Shown here: piece after piece, positions 1 through 12,768 of the stretch
Layout of the letters: every line of letters starts with the position of its first letter
How positions within the stretch are numbered: the stretch's first letter is position 1
Source: Octopus vulgaris
Lineage: Eukaryota
DNA: 64,000 nt
Reading direction: 5' to 3'
Assembly (NCBI GenBank): GCA_951406725.2
Contig: OX597814.1
Span: forward strand, 115,816,001-115,880,000
The notes under the pieces: model-generated
Databases searched by the model: none
What the model saw: the letters and a program-made list of their open reading frames with translations, nothing else
What the model was told of the DNA's origin: nothing
Made by a program: the position numbers and the translations under genes

Positions 1-8
1 CCAAATAT

Positions 9-437
9 TTGTACGATAACCGAGGATCACAGAGCAAAAGTAACCGGTATCGCAAGAGTCTGAGCAGAAGTTATTCGAAAAATTCTTATAGGCCTCTTTC
101 CGGGACGAAGAAAACTAAAAGAGATTCTAGGAGACATAGATTTCGGGGTAAAGGAACTTCAAATCGAAGGACGAGGCAGAGAGTCAAGAGGCGTAGGCGA
201 ACTCGCAATCATACAGGCTCTTTGACGAAACAAGCTGAGATGCCTCAAGATTGTTCAGAACAGGAGAATGCTGATACCACGGAATTAAAATCGAATACTC
301 CAGTAAATGATTCTACAAACGATGGGGAAACGGTTCGTAGTGTCCAGACGGATGAAAATATGCCAAATGCGTTGGCAATGGACAGTAAAGACCAAGGGGC
401 AAAAACACAAAATGCGTCTGTCGGTACGATTGAATAA
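9..437 (+). CDS. Possible 3' part of a coding exon running in from the window edge (Arg/Ser-rich, then acidic/polar low-complexity peptide)
   Basis: 142 open codons that are more GC-rich than the flank and end in TAA. No recognisable domain. Confidence 0.3.
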   Translation: MYDNRGSQSKSNRYRKSLSRSYSKNSYRPLSGTKKTKRDSRRHRFRGKGTSNRRTRQRVKRRRRTRNHTGSLTKQAEMPQDCSEQENADTTELKSNTPVNDSTNDGETVRSVQTDENMPNALAMDSKDQGAKTQNASVGTIE

Positions 438-508
438 TGATTTGAATTTTAAAAAAATAAAGAAATGAAAATATTAATTTTAGTCTTATTCTCAAATATA
501 AATCTTTT

Positions 509-926
509 GGATCTTTTCGGTTTGAACGGCAGTTTTTTCTAGCGGTTTCATATGAAATTGTCACCCATAATTATGATCCTAGTATCAATCTATTGCATTT
601 CAATCTGTTTTAGAGTCAGGGTTAGGGGTGGGGGGAAGGGTATCTTTTTTTCTTCTCAAATGTAAATAAACCCAATCTGTTTCTTAAACGAGGGACATAT
701 TCATACGGCACAGAATGTTTTCACCTCAATAGACGTCGTTGATTGGTTAAAATTGCAGAAATTGAAGAAAAAAAAACAATAAATATCTTACAAACTATAA
801 AATTTTCTCAATAAAGCCAAGAGAAAAAGATGTTTTATAAACACATTCTACCAGTATAGGAAGTTTAAAAGTGTTTAGTTACGTGGAAATTATTTTAAAA
901 AACTGCCGGTCAAACCGAAAAGATCC
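509..926. mobile_element. MITE, family M (TIR GGATCTTTTCGGTTTGAACGGCAG), copy 1
   Basis: About 28-bp terminal inverted repeats. Flanks TAAATCTTTT/TAAACCTTTT resemble a target-site duplication. The same element recurs five more times in the window. Confidence 0.9.
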
Positions 927-1083
927 TAAACCTTTTTAAAGTCGTATTTCAATTTCTTCGTGTATAAAAAGAATAATTGTGCTTTGTTATAAGATGTTTT
1001 AGATAACGAAATCAATGTGTTAACTTGAATACATCAAACAGATGGCATATATGGCAAAGCATAGATAATTACTGGTGTAATTT

Positions 1084-1470
1084 ATGTGTGTATGTATGTA
1101 TGTATTTATGTATGTATGTATGTATGTATTTATGTATGTATGTATTTATGTGTGTATGTAAGTATGTATGTATGTATTTCTGTATGTATGAATGTGTGTA
1201 TGTATGTATGTATGTATGTATGTATGTATGTATGTATGTATGTATGTATGTATGTATGTATGTGTGTATGTATGTGTGTATGATGTATGTATGTATGTAT
1301 GTATGATGTATGTATGTATGTATGTATGTATGTATGTATGTATGTATGTATGTATGTATGTATGTATGTATGTATGTATGTATGTATGTATGTATGTATG
1401 TATGTATGTATGTATGTATGTATGTATGTGTATGTATGTATGTATGTATGTATGTATGTATGTATGTATG

Positions 1471-1504
<34 letters not shown>

Positions 1505-1606
1505 TGTATTTATTTATGTATGTATGTATGTATGTATTTATGTATATATGTATTTATGTATATATGTATGTATGTATTTATGTATATATGTATGTATGTA
1601 TTTATG

Positions 1607-1640
<34 letters not shown>

Positions 1641-2120
1641 TGTATGTATGTATGTATGTATTTATGTATATATGTATGTATGTATTTATGTATGTATGTA
1701 TGTATGTATGTATGTATGTATATATTTATGTATGTATGTATGTATGTATGTATGTATGTATGTATGTATGTATGTATGTATGTATGTATGCATGTATGTA
1801 TGTATGCATGTATGTATGCATGTATGTATGCATGTATGTATGTATGTATGTATGATGTATATATGTATGTATGTATGTATTTGTGTGTATGTATGTATTT
1901 ATGTATGTATGTGCGTACGTACGTACGTACGTATGTATGTATGTATGTATGTATGTATGTATGTATGTATGATGTTATGTATGTACGTATTTATGTATGT
2001 ATTTATGTATGCATGTATGTATGTATGTATTTATGTATGCATGTATGTATGTATGTATGTATGTATGCATGTATGTATGCATGTATGTATGTATTTATGT
2101 ATGTATGTATGTATTTATGA

Positions 2121-2153
<33 letters not shown>

Positions 2154-2508
2154 TGTATGTATGTATCTATGTGTGTGTGTGTATGTATGTATCTATGTGT
2201 GTGTGTGTATGTATGTATCTATGTGTGTGTGTGTATGTATGTACGTATTTATGTATGCATGTATGTATGCATTTATGTATGTATGTATGTATTTATGTAT
2301 GTATGTATTTATGAATATATGTATGTATGTATGTGTATGTATGTATGTGTGTGTATGTATGTATCTATGTGTGTGTGTGTGTGTATGTATGTATGTGTGT
2401 GTGTATGTATGTATGATGTATATATGTATGTATGTATGTATTTATGTATGTATGTATGTATGTATTTATGTATGTAGGTATGCATGTATGTGTATGTATG
2501 TATTTCTA

Positions 2509-2539
<31 letters not shown>

Positions 2540-2780
2540 GTGTGTATGTATGTATGATGTATATATGTATGTATGTATGTATGTATTTATGTATGTATGT
2601 ATTTATGTATGTAGGTATGCAGGTATGCATGTATGTGTATGTATGTATGTATGTATTTATGTATGTATTTATGTATGTGTGTGTGTAAGTATGTATGTAT
2701 GATGTATATGTATGTGTGTATGTATGTATGTATGTATGTATGCATGTATGCATGTATGTATGTATGCATGTATGTATGTA
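1084..2780. repeat. (ATGT)n microsatellite, ~1.7 kb, imperfect
   Basis: Seen directly. It generates the spurious MYVC-repeat ORFs. Confidence 0.98.
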
Positions 2781-3079
2781 TTTAAACGCAGCTTAAATCT
2801 CGAATTTAAATGTAAACTTTAACGTCAACTAATATATTTTTCAATGTTTGCAGCGATGTATTGTTGTGTTGGTGTTTGTGCTTCGGCAGGGCAACACGCT
2901 ACTCCACCATGGGCGTCTTTTCAAGTTAAAATAAACATGAGAATGAGAGCTTAACACTGCATTGATGGACAAAATATTTTTTGTATTTGTAAGCTAACAA
3001 GGCTAACATTGGTTTCATGCCAAGAGAAATCTTAGCAATTATGAAACCTGTCACCAAAGATCATGTTTGTGAATAGGAT

Positions 3080-3690
3080 AAACGTGAAATATTGTAAGAA
3101 TCCTTCAAATGTGATACAAACATGCAATTTGGAACACTTCTTGCAACATTAAAATCGAAAATGTCGGCCAAAATCCAAAACAGCGCCCAACACTAAAAAT
3201 TAAAACTTGCGACGTAAAGAAAATATGATTTATCATAATAAACATTATTTATTAAGCAATGTTTTATACAAATAGCCATAGCAGAACAATGCCAAGCGCT
3301 TAAAAAGTGCCAATGCAAAACTGAATGTGTAGGACGTTGCACGTGCAAGAAGTCAGCCTTTTCTTGTTCTACAATTTATGCTTGTCCAAGTATTTGATTG
3401 ATAATGGCACCTGTAGAACCTGAAGAATTAATAAAGAGAATAGTAGACAAATACATCGAGAGGTAAATATATGGCTATTTGTGTAACATATTGCATAATA
3501 AATAACGTTTATTATAATAAAACTTATTTCCTGTTCATCGCAATTATTAATTTTTAATGCTGGATGCCGTCTTGGAAATTGCCCGCCATTTTCGATTTTC
3601 ACATTGGTAATCATGCAAACTTTAGGCGTGCCAGACTGTTTATTTGTATCAGCTTTTGAAGGATTTTTCTAATTCATTCTCCATTACATG
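3080..3690 (+). mobile_element. Degenerate DNA-transposon derivative with long imperfect inverted ends and a Cys-rich CXC coding relic (possibly Academ-like)
   Basis: 3275-3397 reads AIAEQCQALKKCQCKTECVGRCTCKKSAFSCSTIYAC. 3090-3190 is an imperfect reverse complement of 3560-3680. Confidence 0.45.
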
Positions 3691-4230
3691 GCATTTTGGA
3701 AGAGTCAAATATATACAGTTAAAGGGGAACAATTCTGAATTGTTATCTCCCTTGCATCAGTAGCAATTTAGAAATATAAATATGGATACGTATGTATACT
3801 TATGCAGAATATGAGTGGGAGCATACATAACCGCGCGCGCGCACATACACACAGAGCACATGCACACACTGGCACACACACGTCCACACTGGAGCGCGCT
3901 CACACACACACATACACATAGACACAACAAATACATAGGCAAGCACGCACATGATGCACACACTTGCACACATAAACTCCCACACCGGCACGCACACACA
4001 CTCACATTCAAACACACACATACACGTCTTTACATTTGCACTATGCATATTATTCGTGTTTGAGTGTGTGCTCATAATTGTGGACGTTCACATATTTTAA
4101 AGTTCTATATTTCATTGACATTCACGAAAAAGGAAAGAGTTTCGGTATAACTACGGATGTATACCACAAACCGACTTTGTTGCCTCATAACTTCCAGAAA
4201 AACAGAACTTCAACAAATAACAAAACTTTC

Positions 4231-4647
4231 GGATCTTTTCGGTTTGAACGGCAGTTTTTTAAAATAATTTCTACGTAACTTAAGCTCTTTTAAACTTCGT
4301 ATACTGGTAGAATGTGTTTATAAAACATCTTTTTCTCTTGGCTTTATTGAGAAAATTCTATAGTTTGTAAGATATTTGTTGTTTATTTCTTCAATTTCTG
4401 CAATTTCGACCAATCAATGACGTCTATTGAGGTGAAAACATTCTGTGCCGTATGAATATGTCCCTCGTCTAAGAAACAGATTGGGTTTATTTACATTTGT
4501 GAAGAAAAAAAGATACCCTTTCCCCCACCCCTAACCCTAACCCTAAAACAGATTGAAATGCAATAGATCGATACTAGGGTCATAATTATGGGTGACAATT
4601 TCATATGACACCGCTAGAAAAAACTGCCGTTCAAACCGAAAAGATCC
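4231..4647. mobile_element. MITE family M, copy 2 (opposite orientation to copy 1)
   Basis: Both TIRs are present, with an internal (CCCTAA)3 tract. Confidence 0.9.
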
Positions 4648-4942
4648 CAGTACTTGAACAAATAACGAAACTTTCAACAAATAATCGCTTAGATCCTGTA
4701 AGTTGAATGTATAAAGATTTGTTGGAAAAAATACCGATTCTAGTAGATTGGCTGGAATACATTCTTGCTGGAATACATTCTTGCGGGAATTCAGCAGCTC
4801 AATGTCCGTATCCACTCTCTTGATGATTGGCCAAAGATTGATGCTCATGTCTGTTCACTGGAATACATTCAACTTCTCAATGCGCTTCATGAGACTCAAC
4901 AGATCGATGCTCCTGTCCTTTCGCTTGAATATATTATTCAAG

Positions 4943-5179
4943 TAAGGCGGCGAGCTGGCAGAATCGTTAGCACGCCGGGCGAAATGTGTAGCCGTATTTC
5001 GTCTGCCTTTACGTTCAGAGTTCAAATTCCGCCGAGGTCGACTTTGCCTTTCATCCTTTCGGGGTCGATAAATTAAGTACCAGTTACGCACTGGAGTCGA
5101 TATAATCGACTTAATCCGTTTGTCTGTCCTTGTTTGTCCCCTCTGTGTTTAACCCCTTGTGTGGGTAGCAAAGAAATAG
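4943..5179 (+). mobile_element. tRNA-related SINE with a LINE-derived 3' tail
   Basis: GGCGGCGAGCTGGCAGAATCGTTAG head and a GAGTTCAAATTCC B-box-like motif. The tail is GTCCCCTCTGTGTTTAACCCCTTGTGTGGGTAGCAAAGAAAT. It interrupts a repeat that is seen uninterrupted (inverted) at 13276-13495. Confidence 0.8.
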
Positions 5180-5460
5180 ATATTCAACAGCTCATTGCTA
5201 GTCTCAGCTCGCTTGATATTCAATAAACGCTCAGTGCACCTCTCGGATTATTCGATTATATTAACCAGTCATGATGGACCTGTGGGATGACGTCAGCAGC
5301 TGGGGAGCTGACCGGAAGAGGAAGGGGCAGGAGTGACGCGCGCGCAGGGAGGGAGCATGGGTCCTTTTTCGATCGAGATAGAAGAAAAGGTGACACCGCA
5401 TTAGTAATTCTACATTTCCCTCCTTTCACGATAAATATTTATAGTATAAGATATAATACT

Positions 5461-5724
5461 GTGGAGGCGCAGTGGCCCAGTGGTTAGGGAAGCGGACTTA
5501 CGGTCGTATGATCGCGGTTTCGATTCCTAGATCGGACGTTGCGAGTGTTTATTGAGCGAAAACATCTAAAGCTCCACGAGGCTCCGGCAGGGGGTGGTGG
5601 TTATCCCTGCTGTACTCTTTCACCACAACTTTCTCTCACACTTTCTTCTGTAGGCCTGCTCGCTTAGCCAGCGGAGTGGCGTCATTTGGAGGCTAAAACA
5701 TCTGATAGCCTGGTCGGTCACCGT
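5461..5724 (+). mobile_element. tRNA-derived SINE
   Basis: A box TGGCCCAGTGG and B box GGTTTCGATTCC. 11-bp TSD GATATAATACT at 5450-5460 and 5725-5735. The empty site is visible in the paralogous sequence at ~22366. Confidence 0.85.
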
Positions 5725-5749
5725 GATATAATACTATACACACGCACAT

Positions 5750-6098
5750 GAAAAGTTCCTGAATTTAAGGGTAACGCGAAAAGGTAGAGCTGTTACCTTT
5801 ACAGGAGAAGAAGGACAACTGTTAAGAAGGTATGCAAAAAAATCATGATGGTATACTATATATGTTTTCCACAGTGGATTTTGGTAAAACTGAAGCACAT
5901 CGGGTTATGAAGTTCTTCCTTTTGTAAAGCAAAGTAGCTGCGGAAAACCATGGCGAGATAAAGGAAATTTTGAAAGCTGACTGCCCATCTTACTCCACAG
6001 TAAAAATCTGGGTGCCAATGTTTCGGACTGGTAATTTCGAGGCCACAGATGAATCCAGGTCAGGACGATCCACTTCCTCGACTACGGAGGACAAAGCC
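5750..6098 (+). mobile_element. Mariner transposon 5' fragment
   Basis: Colinear with the mariner relic at 22410-22760. Confidence 0.7.
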
Positions 6099-6115
6099 GG
6101 GCTTGTCGCCTCTAC

Positions 6116-6500
6116 GGCAATCTTTCGTCTCTAGTAGACCTTTCCGTCGATTTCCGTAAAAAAATTTTTCTTTTTACATATGGGCTTGCGGGAACTTTTG
6201 AAGTAATGAGAGCGAAAGAGACTAAGAGAAAGCGATTGTATGACGAGGGAAGTTCTTTTGAAGTTACCGTGCATGGGAGCATTGATGTACATGTGTGTGT
6301 GTGTTTGATGGGGTGTGGGAGACAGACAGTATGTTGTGTAAGTGAAGTGCTTCTATTAGTGTGTGTGAAGAGACAGAGAGAGAGTAATGTGTGAAAGAGA
6401 GAGATAACTGAAATTTTTTACTCGGTGTATGTGTATATGTATGTATGCATGTATGTGTGTGTGTGTGTATGTATGTATGTGTGTATGTATGTATGTATGT

Positions 6501-6539
<39 letters not shown>

Positions 6540-7669
6540 GCCGATTCAGTGTTTACATTATTTCGAGTTAAAACGAAAGATTACCTTTGCCTGTTTATGT
6601 AACGGTCTGCTATGTAGAAAATAATGAGGTTGACTCAATGGAATAATGACAGTGATCGAAGATATAGACAAAATTTTTTTTATTTAATCGTTATACATGC
6701 CTTGTCGACAGTCTAATCGGTACAGTGATTTGTGTTGTTTTGAGACGAAGGGACAGTTCCGAAATGCCAAATTCCTCTTCTCCCCACGACACACGAACTC
6801 ATCCAAACTTAAGAATCAACATGGCGTTGCTAAGTCAATTGATGTGTTTTCCGTTTGACTTAAAACTTTTGCTACATATCGCTGGTCACAATACGCTTCC
6901 TCACATTGTTGTAGCTTCTGAGTGATGCCACCCTGAGGCTAGACGGGTAGGGTTGCCCATTTAAAACTGTGTCGATCGTAGTAACGTGAAACGAAGCCTT
7001 TTGCTCAAAGCCTTTTCCTTTGCATGCAACTCTTTTCTCATGAGAAGAATATCTCCTCCTCATTTTATAACTCTCCCGTCTTTTTCTTACCATTTCACCA
7101 TCGTCACATCAACAGAGACATTAAGGCTGCACAGTAGCAGTCGACAAGGCATGTATAACGATTAAATAAAATTTTTTTTGTCTATATCTTCGATCACTGT
7201 CATTATTCCATTGAGTCAACCTCATTATTTTCTACATAGCAGACCGTTACATAAACAGGCAAAGGTAATCTTTCGTTTAAACCCCATACACACACACATA
7301 CATAGATACACACACACACACACACACATACATGCATACATACATATACACATACACCGAGTAAAAAATTTCAGTTATCTCTCTCTTTCACACATTACTC
7401 TCTCTCTGTCTCTTCACACACACTAACAGAAGCACTTCACTTACACAACATACTGTCTGTCTCCCACACCCCATCAAACACACACACACACACATGTACA
7501 TCAATGCTCCCATGCACGGTAACTTCAAAAGAACTTCCCTCGTCATACAATCGCTTTCTCTTAGTCTCTTTCGCTCTCATTACTTCAAAAGTTCCCGCAA
7601 GCCCATATGTAAAAAAAATTCTTTTTTACGGAAATCGACGGTAAGGTCTACTAGAGACGAAAGATCGCC
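6116..7669. repeat. Long inverted repeat / foldback (arms 6116-6709 and 7140-7669, spacer ~430 bp)
   Basis: The arms are near-perfect reverse complements apart from the length of an internal microsatellite. Confidence 0.92.
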
Positions 7670-8339
7670 CTGTCTACCAAATCCACTCACAAGGCTTTGG
7701 GCGGCCCGAGGCTATAGTACTTGCCCAAGGTGCTACGTCGTGTGACTGAACCCAGAACTATGTGGTTGGGAAGCAAGCTACTTACCACACAGCCACTCAA
7801 ATCGGGTGTGTTATTTGGTTTTACTTCTCTTAGTGTCTGAATATCAATTGTCTTGGCATGTTTTATGCCATCATCCATTAGTGATAGTGAATAATATCTG
7901 TGGATGAACAAGGTTTGAAGTTTGCGAAGGCATAAGACATGGGTATTTTCATCGGAGACAAATGTGGAAAGCCATTTTGTTAAATTAAAAGGAATCTTTT
8001 AGTATTTTTTCCAGTGACATGAGCTAAAGAATGAGTTTGTGGGTTTATAATAATAAATGGGAGTTTCAGTTTGGTTAATGACTTTTTTTAAAAAGATATT
8101 TGGCTATCATTCGGTACTAGTTACATAGCTGTCACTTATAAACCCACGTGGGTTTATTTACATTTCTGAAGAAAAAGAAACCCTCCCTCCCACCCTTAAC
8201 CCTAACCCTAACACCACATATATAAAAAAAAATTACGGAAAGTGACGATATTCTTCTTCAAATGTAAACAAACACACGTGATGTGAACGGTACTCATATC
8301 GAAAGATAATAGATGTGTGGTAGTTTCCTCAGGAAGCTA

Positions 8340-8720
8340 CCCCAACAGAATTGTCCACCCGTACCCAGAGACATTCCTGAGTACAGCCATGACAATTCAG
8401 CAGAACATCTCGCTGAACAAGTTTACCAGCCAGAGACTCAGTTCACTGCGCACAGGATGTCCCACCTGCCAACTCGGGAAGTCCTAAGCCAGTAGTGTAC
8501 ACCAGGAGCGGTCGGAGAATTCGACCACCAAAGAAACTGTCGTTATGAACTCATAAAAGTGAAACTGGAGATGTGGTGTTATCTCCCTTCCATTGGTCAC
8601 CTACCATAACTGGAACTCTCTAGTTTGAAAAGAACACATTTGAGTCCCTAATGGTAGAAGGCCACACGCGGACGTATGGACATAATCTCACACTGCTTTG
8701 TCTTTCTGTTTGTTAACCAA
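8340..8720 (+). mobile_element. LTR retrotransposon (Gypsy/BEL-like) pol 3' end and partial LTR
   Basis: PVVYTRSGRRIRPPKKLSL* is a typical post-integrase terminus. It is followed by a purine-rich tract and TGTGGTG at 8572. Confidence 0.5.
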
Positions 8721-9215
8721 TATCGTCAAGCTTCATTATATAACGGTTTGTGGGGTGAGGGGACCTCCGGACAGGGTTCTCGCCATTGCAAACATTGGTC
8801 AGCCTCGCCATCACCCGCGGCAACGCTGCAAGCTTGGTGACGTGTCTTGATAGCCATCATTCTTTACATTAAAAAGACCTGGTAAATTACTTTTTTTCTT
8901 TTAGTTTTGGGTGAAGTTAACCCTAAACAGATTGGTTATATATATATTCTTTTTCTCTCCTTGTTTTTTCTGTTTCCCTTTCTGTAGAAGAGCGTAGACT
9001 CGAAACGTAAAGAACTTTTTCTATTCCTGAGCGTTATACTAATACATCTGTTTGTTTTGTACACCACCTGTCTTCGTCTTTTGTTTTTTTCATAAACTCT
9101 CCCTATATACATATATATATATATATATATAAATTAATAATAAATATTAAGGAATAAATCCAAACTTACAGGGAAAAATCAGATTTAGGATTGAATCCAA
9201 TTTCATAGTAAAATA

Positions 9216-9575
9216 TTATATTATATTAAATTAGAGAAAAAACCACTATTAGGCAAATCATACAATGAAAATCTTAAGCCAGTACATAAGATTATTTAAT
9301 TTATATTATTTGAATATATAACAAAATTATAAAAAAAAAATATAATTAATATAACACTACGATCGTTTCATGGCTGTTAATTTCTTTAAATTTTCGAGTT
9401 ACAGTCATTCATCAGGTGGTTTAAATATTTAACTTGGCGAAGTTTAATCAATGAACTAAAATTTTAATAATTTTGTTATGTATTCAAATAATATAAATTA
9501 AATAATCTTATGTATTGGCTTAAGATTTTCATTGTATGATTTGCCTAATAGTGGTTTTATCTCTAATTTAATATA

Positions 9576-9580
<5 letters not shown>
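9216..9580. repeat. Inverted repeat (~115-bp arms) enclosing the hammerhead motif; Penelope-like terminal structure
   Basis: 9216-9330 is the reverse complement of ~9467-9580. (TA)n flanks both sides. Confidence 0.8.
9353..9420 (-). ncRNA. Type I hammerhead ribozyme-like motif (Penelope-like element/retrozyme type), slightly degenerate
   Basis: The minus strand reads ACCAC-CTGATGA-ATGACTGT...ACAGCCAT-GAAAC-GATC-GTA-GTGTT. Both core boxes, stem II, a minimal palindromic stem III and a GUA cleavage triplet are present. Confidence 0.65.
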
Positions 9581-9607
<27 letters not shown>

Positions 9608-11471
9608 ATATATAAAAGAATTGTTAGAAGCAATGGAGGTAATGCCTCACTTTTTGTACGAAGTAAATTAATTATATGTAGATTAGTTACATATAAGTAC
9701 TTACATACATACACACACATGCATACATGCACACATACATACATACATACGATTTCGTGCTTTTCTTTAAGCGTGGTTAATATTTTTTACTGAAAGTAGT
9801 CTCTTTATTTATCTGTTGTTGTTTAGAAATCGTTCCACTGCATTGGTATGAATTAACTATTTTGAAGTCTGGCTAGAGATTCTCGTCACATCTATTTATG
9901 TGTTCACTGAATGGTCCTTGTCTCCATTTTGGGAAGCAAATTTGTTCTCTGTCTTAATGTCATTCCTATTCGTCTTGTATAGTTCTATCCATAGCCTAAA
10001 CATGTTCTAGCACAGATCAGGTTTTCAGATGTACAACTCATTCATTATTTTGAATGTTATAAACCGCATTGTTTCTATCATTATGTGTATATATTGGTAT
10101 ATAAAATAAGTTTCAAATCGGGTGTGTTATTTGGTTTTACTTCTCTTAGAGTCTGAATATCATTGTCTTGGCATGTTTTATGCCATCATCCATTAGTGAT
10201 AGTGAATAATATCTGTGGATGAACAAGGTTTGAAGTTTGCGAAGGCATAAGACATGGGTATTTTCATCGGAGACAAATGTGGAAAACCAGTTTGCTAAAT
10301 TAAAAGGAATCTTTTAGTGTTTTTTTCCAGTGACATGAGCTAAAGAATGGGTATTGACTTGAGTTTGTGGGTTTAATAATAAATGCCATTTTCAGTTTGG
10401 TTAATGACTTTTTAAAAAAATATCTAATAATAGAAGTTTATCTTTGTTGTATTCCCTTGTGACACAATGGCATTTTGGCATCAAAAGGTTTAAAATGCAT
10501 TCTGTGCTGAGCTGTAGTCTTCAGAAGGGACAGATAGGTGGCGCTTTCCATTTTTATGTTAGTATATTTTGTTACCTGCTATTTTAGCCAATCTTAGACT
10601 ACCAACCTGTCAGCAAATGCCAACATTTTATCTATTTTTTTTTTTTTGCAGGAATCCCAAGGCAGAATTAAAGAATTCAATAATTTTATGTTTAACAAAC
10701 TACAATAAAGAAGGTGTAAAAATGTAACAGAGACATAACAACAATAAAATCATATGTTTGCATATATTAGTGTTTTTCCTTTATTTTTCAAATTCTTCCA
10801 GGCCATACAACTCTTCTAGTTTAAGATGGAATTCATAAAACAGCATCTGTATTTATAAAGCTGTTATGGACAGTAATACATATATAGAAAAATAAAATCT
10901 TTTCAAATTACAATATTAATAATAAAAGCTTGGTTTTACATAAAATATGTTTTAGTATTTATTGAAAACTTCATTTAAAAAAAAAACGCATTCACTTTTC
11001 TGAAGCAGTTGGAGGGCACACTTGTGTAGGTATGTCGCTGTAGAAAATATGAGATATAACAAGAAAGTTATATATGTTTGTATATATTTGTAGTTATCAT
11101 TGCAAATGCTTCCACATTATAGAACTCTTCCAGTGTAAGTGATGCTGGAAAATATGGTGGTCAATAAGCATGTATAAAGGTTATGGATAGTAATGCAGTT
11201 ATAGAAAATTAAAATGTCTTCAAATTTTAACATGAATAATAAAGCTGAGATTTACATAAAACATGTAGAAAAATAGTGTTATGCTTTTGTACAATCGTTT
11301 AAATTACTCTTTAGGTTCACATGTAGTGTTGATGGAAAAATGTTTGAGAAAATACAGAAATATAATATAAGTGGTTACAGAGATGTACTTCCATAGCAAG
11401 TGACCTGATCTGAGATCATGTGCTGGAACGAAAACAATTGCCGCATGGGAGGTGTTTATAGGCCATTTAAG

Positions 11472-11526
<55 letters not shown>

Positions 11527-11681
11527 CTCCTTAGATTCACTTTAACATTTAAATTTAATTTGCCAAAATATTTTCATCGCTTTGAGATTGCGACCTGTTC
11601 ACTGATAAAATTCCGTGCTGCGTGTTTCTTAAATGGCTTATAAATATATGTGGTTGTTACATATGGCAAATTGGCTTTTAA

Positions 11682-12768
11682 CCCTTTCGTTACTATATTT
11701 CTGACCAAATTACACCTCTTATGTGTTTCAATTAATTTCTAACGTAATCATAAATTTAGTCTGGTTTCATTAAACAACTATAACTTTTTTATTTATCGAT
11801 ATATCAATCTGATTTTTGGAAGATAATTTAATGAAATGTCCTCAACCAATTCTATACTATAATTTTTGTTACAAAGTGATTCTAATTGCAGGTAGATACA
11901 GGTAAATTCCACAAAATATAAAATTATTAAAATTTTGTTCAAACATCGCTATAGAAAATGGGTTATTAGCTAATATTCAATTGGGTATATAACAAAATTT
12001 TACGATAGAATTTGTTATTCTGGGTAACTTTCTGATACCCATAATATATATTTACGGCAAAATAGTCTTAATTTCATTTAAGGTTGAGGGAAACCACAAA
12101 CTATCGTTTCTTTTGCTTTGTTTACGTTTAGCGTAACGGTTCGTCTCCGCTGTAATGATTTCAAATAGGCTCATTCGAAAAAGTAAAAAGAAATAGTCTA
12201 AGGCTTTACTCTTCTGGGAAAGTCTGTGGCTTGGTCCAGTTTCTTCAGAGAAATCACCGAAAGAAACAGTTTTTAAATTTTCACTCCATTCAGGTGCCAA
12301 TTCGTTTTCTTTATCGCTATCGGAGATCTCAGATTCACTGTTTTCACTTTCGGAAAATGAAACATCAGATTCATTATCAAATACCACATGCTTTTTTTTT
12401 CAGTCATAGAGTTAGATTTATGAAGGTCTCCAGTAGAAAATCCTTCGAATTCTGACTCGCTGCTTGATATAATGAAATTCGTATCCATTTTTTGTCAGAA
12501 TTACAAATTTTGAAAACACAATAGGAACAAATTTCAGAAAAAAAATCTCCCAAAATTCACGGAATTAAAATTACACTTCGATTATTGTACAAAACTGTAG
12601 TTGAACTGTTTACGAAGTATAATACGTGTTTTCACGAATGTACTGAAGAGATTTGCTCTGATATTCTCATTTAAATATGAATAGGTAAATTCGGGCGGCT
12701 TTGGGCGGTTTGGTTTCATAAACCAAAATTTTGTTCGGGCGGCTTTGGGCGGTTTGGTAACGAAAGGG
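11682..12768 (-). mobile_element. Non-autonomous piggyBac element with an N-terminal transposase remnant (PGBD4-like)
   Basis: TTAA on both sides and TIR CCCTTTCGTTAC. The frameshifted ORF 12488-12052 has an acidic N-terminus and DYFFLLF...ITAETNRYA...W..STLNEIK. Confidence 0.88.

Noticed and set aside
1025-2769. Long MYVC/HTYI-repeat ORFs (up to 498 aa)
   Set aside because: They are translations of the (ATGT)n microsatellite.
5461-5540. tRNA gene
   Set aside because: It has A/B boxes but continues into a SINE body with a TSD and lacks a proper acceptor stem. The same applies to 16948 and 55900.
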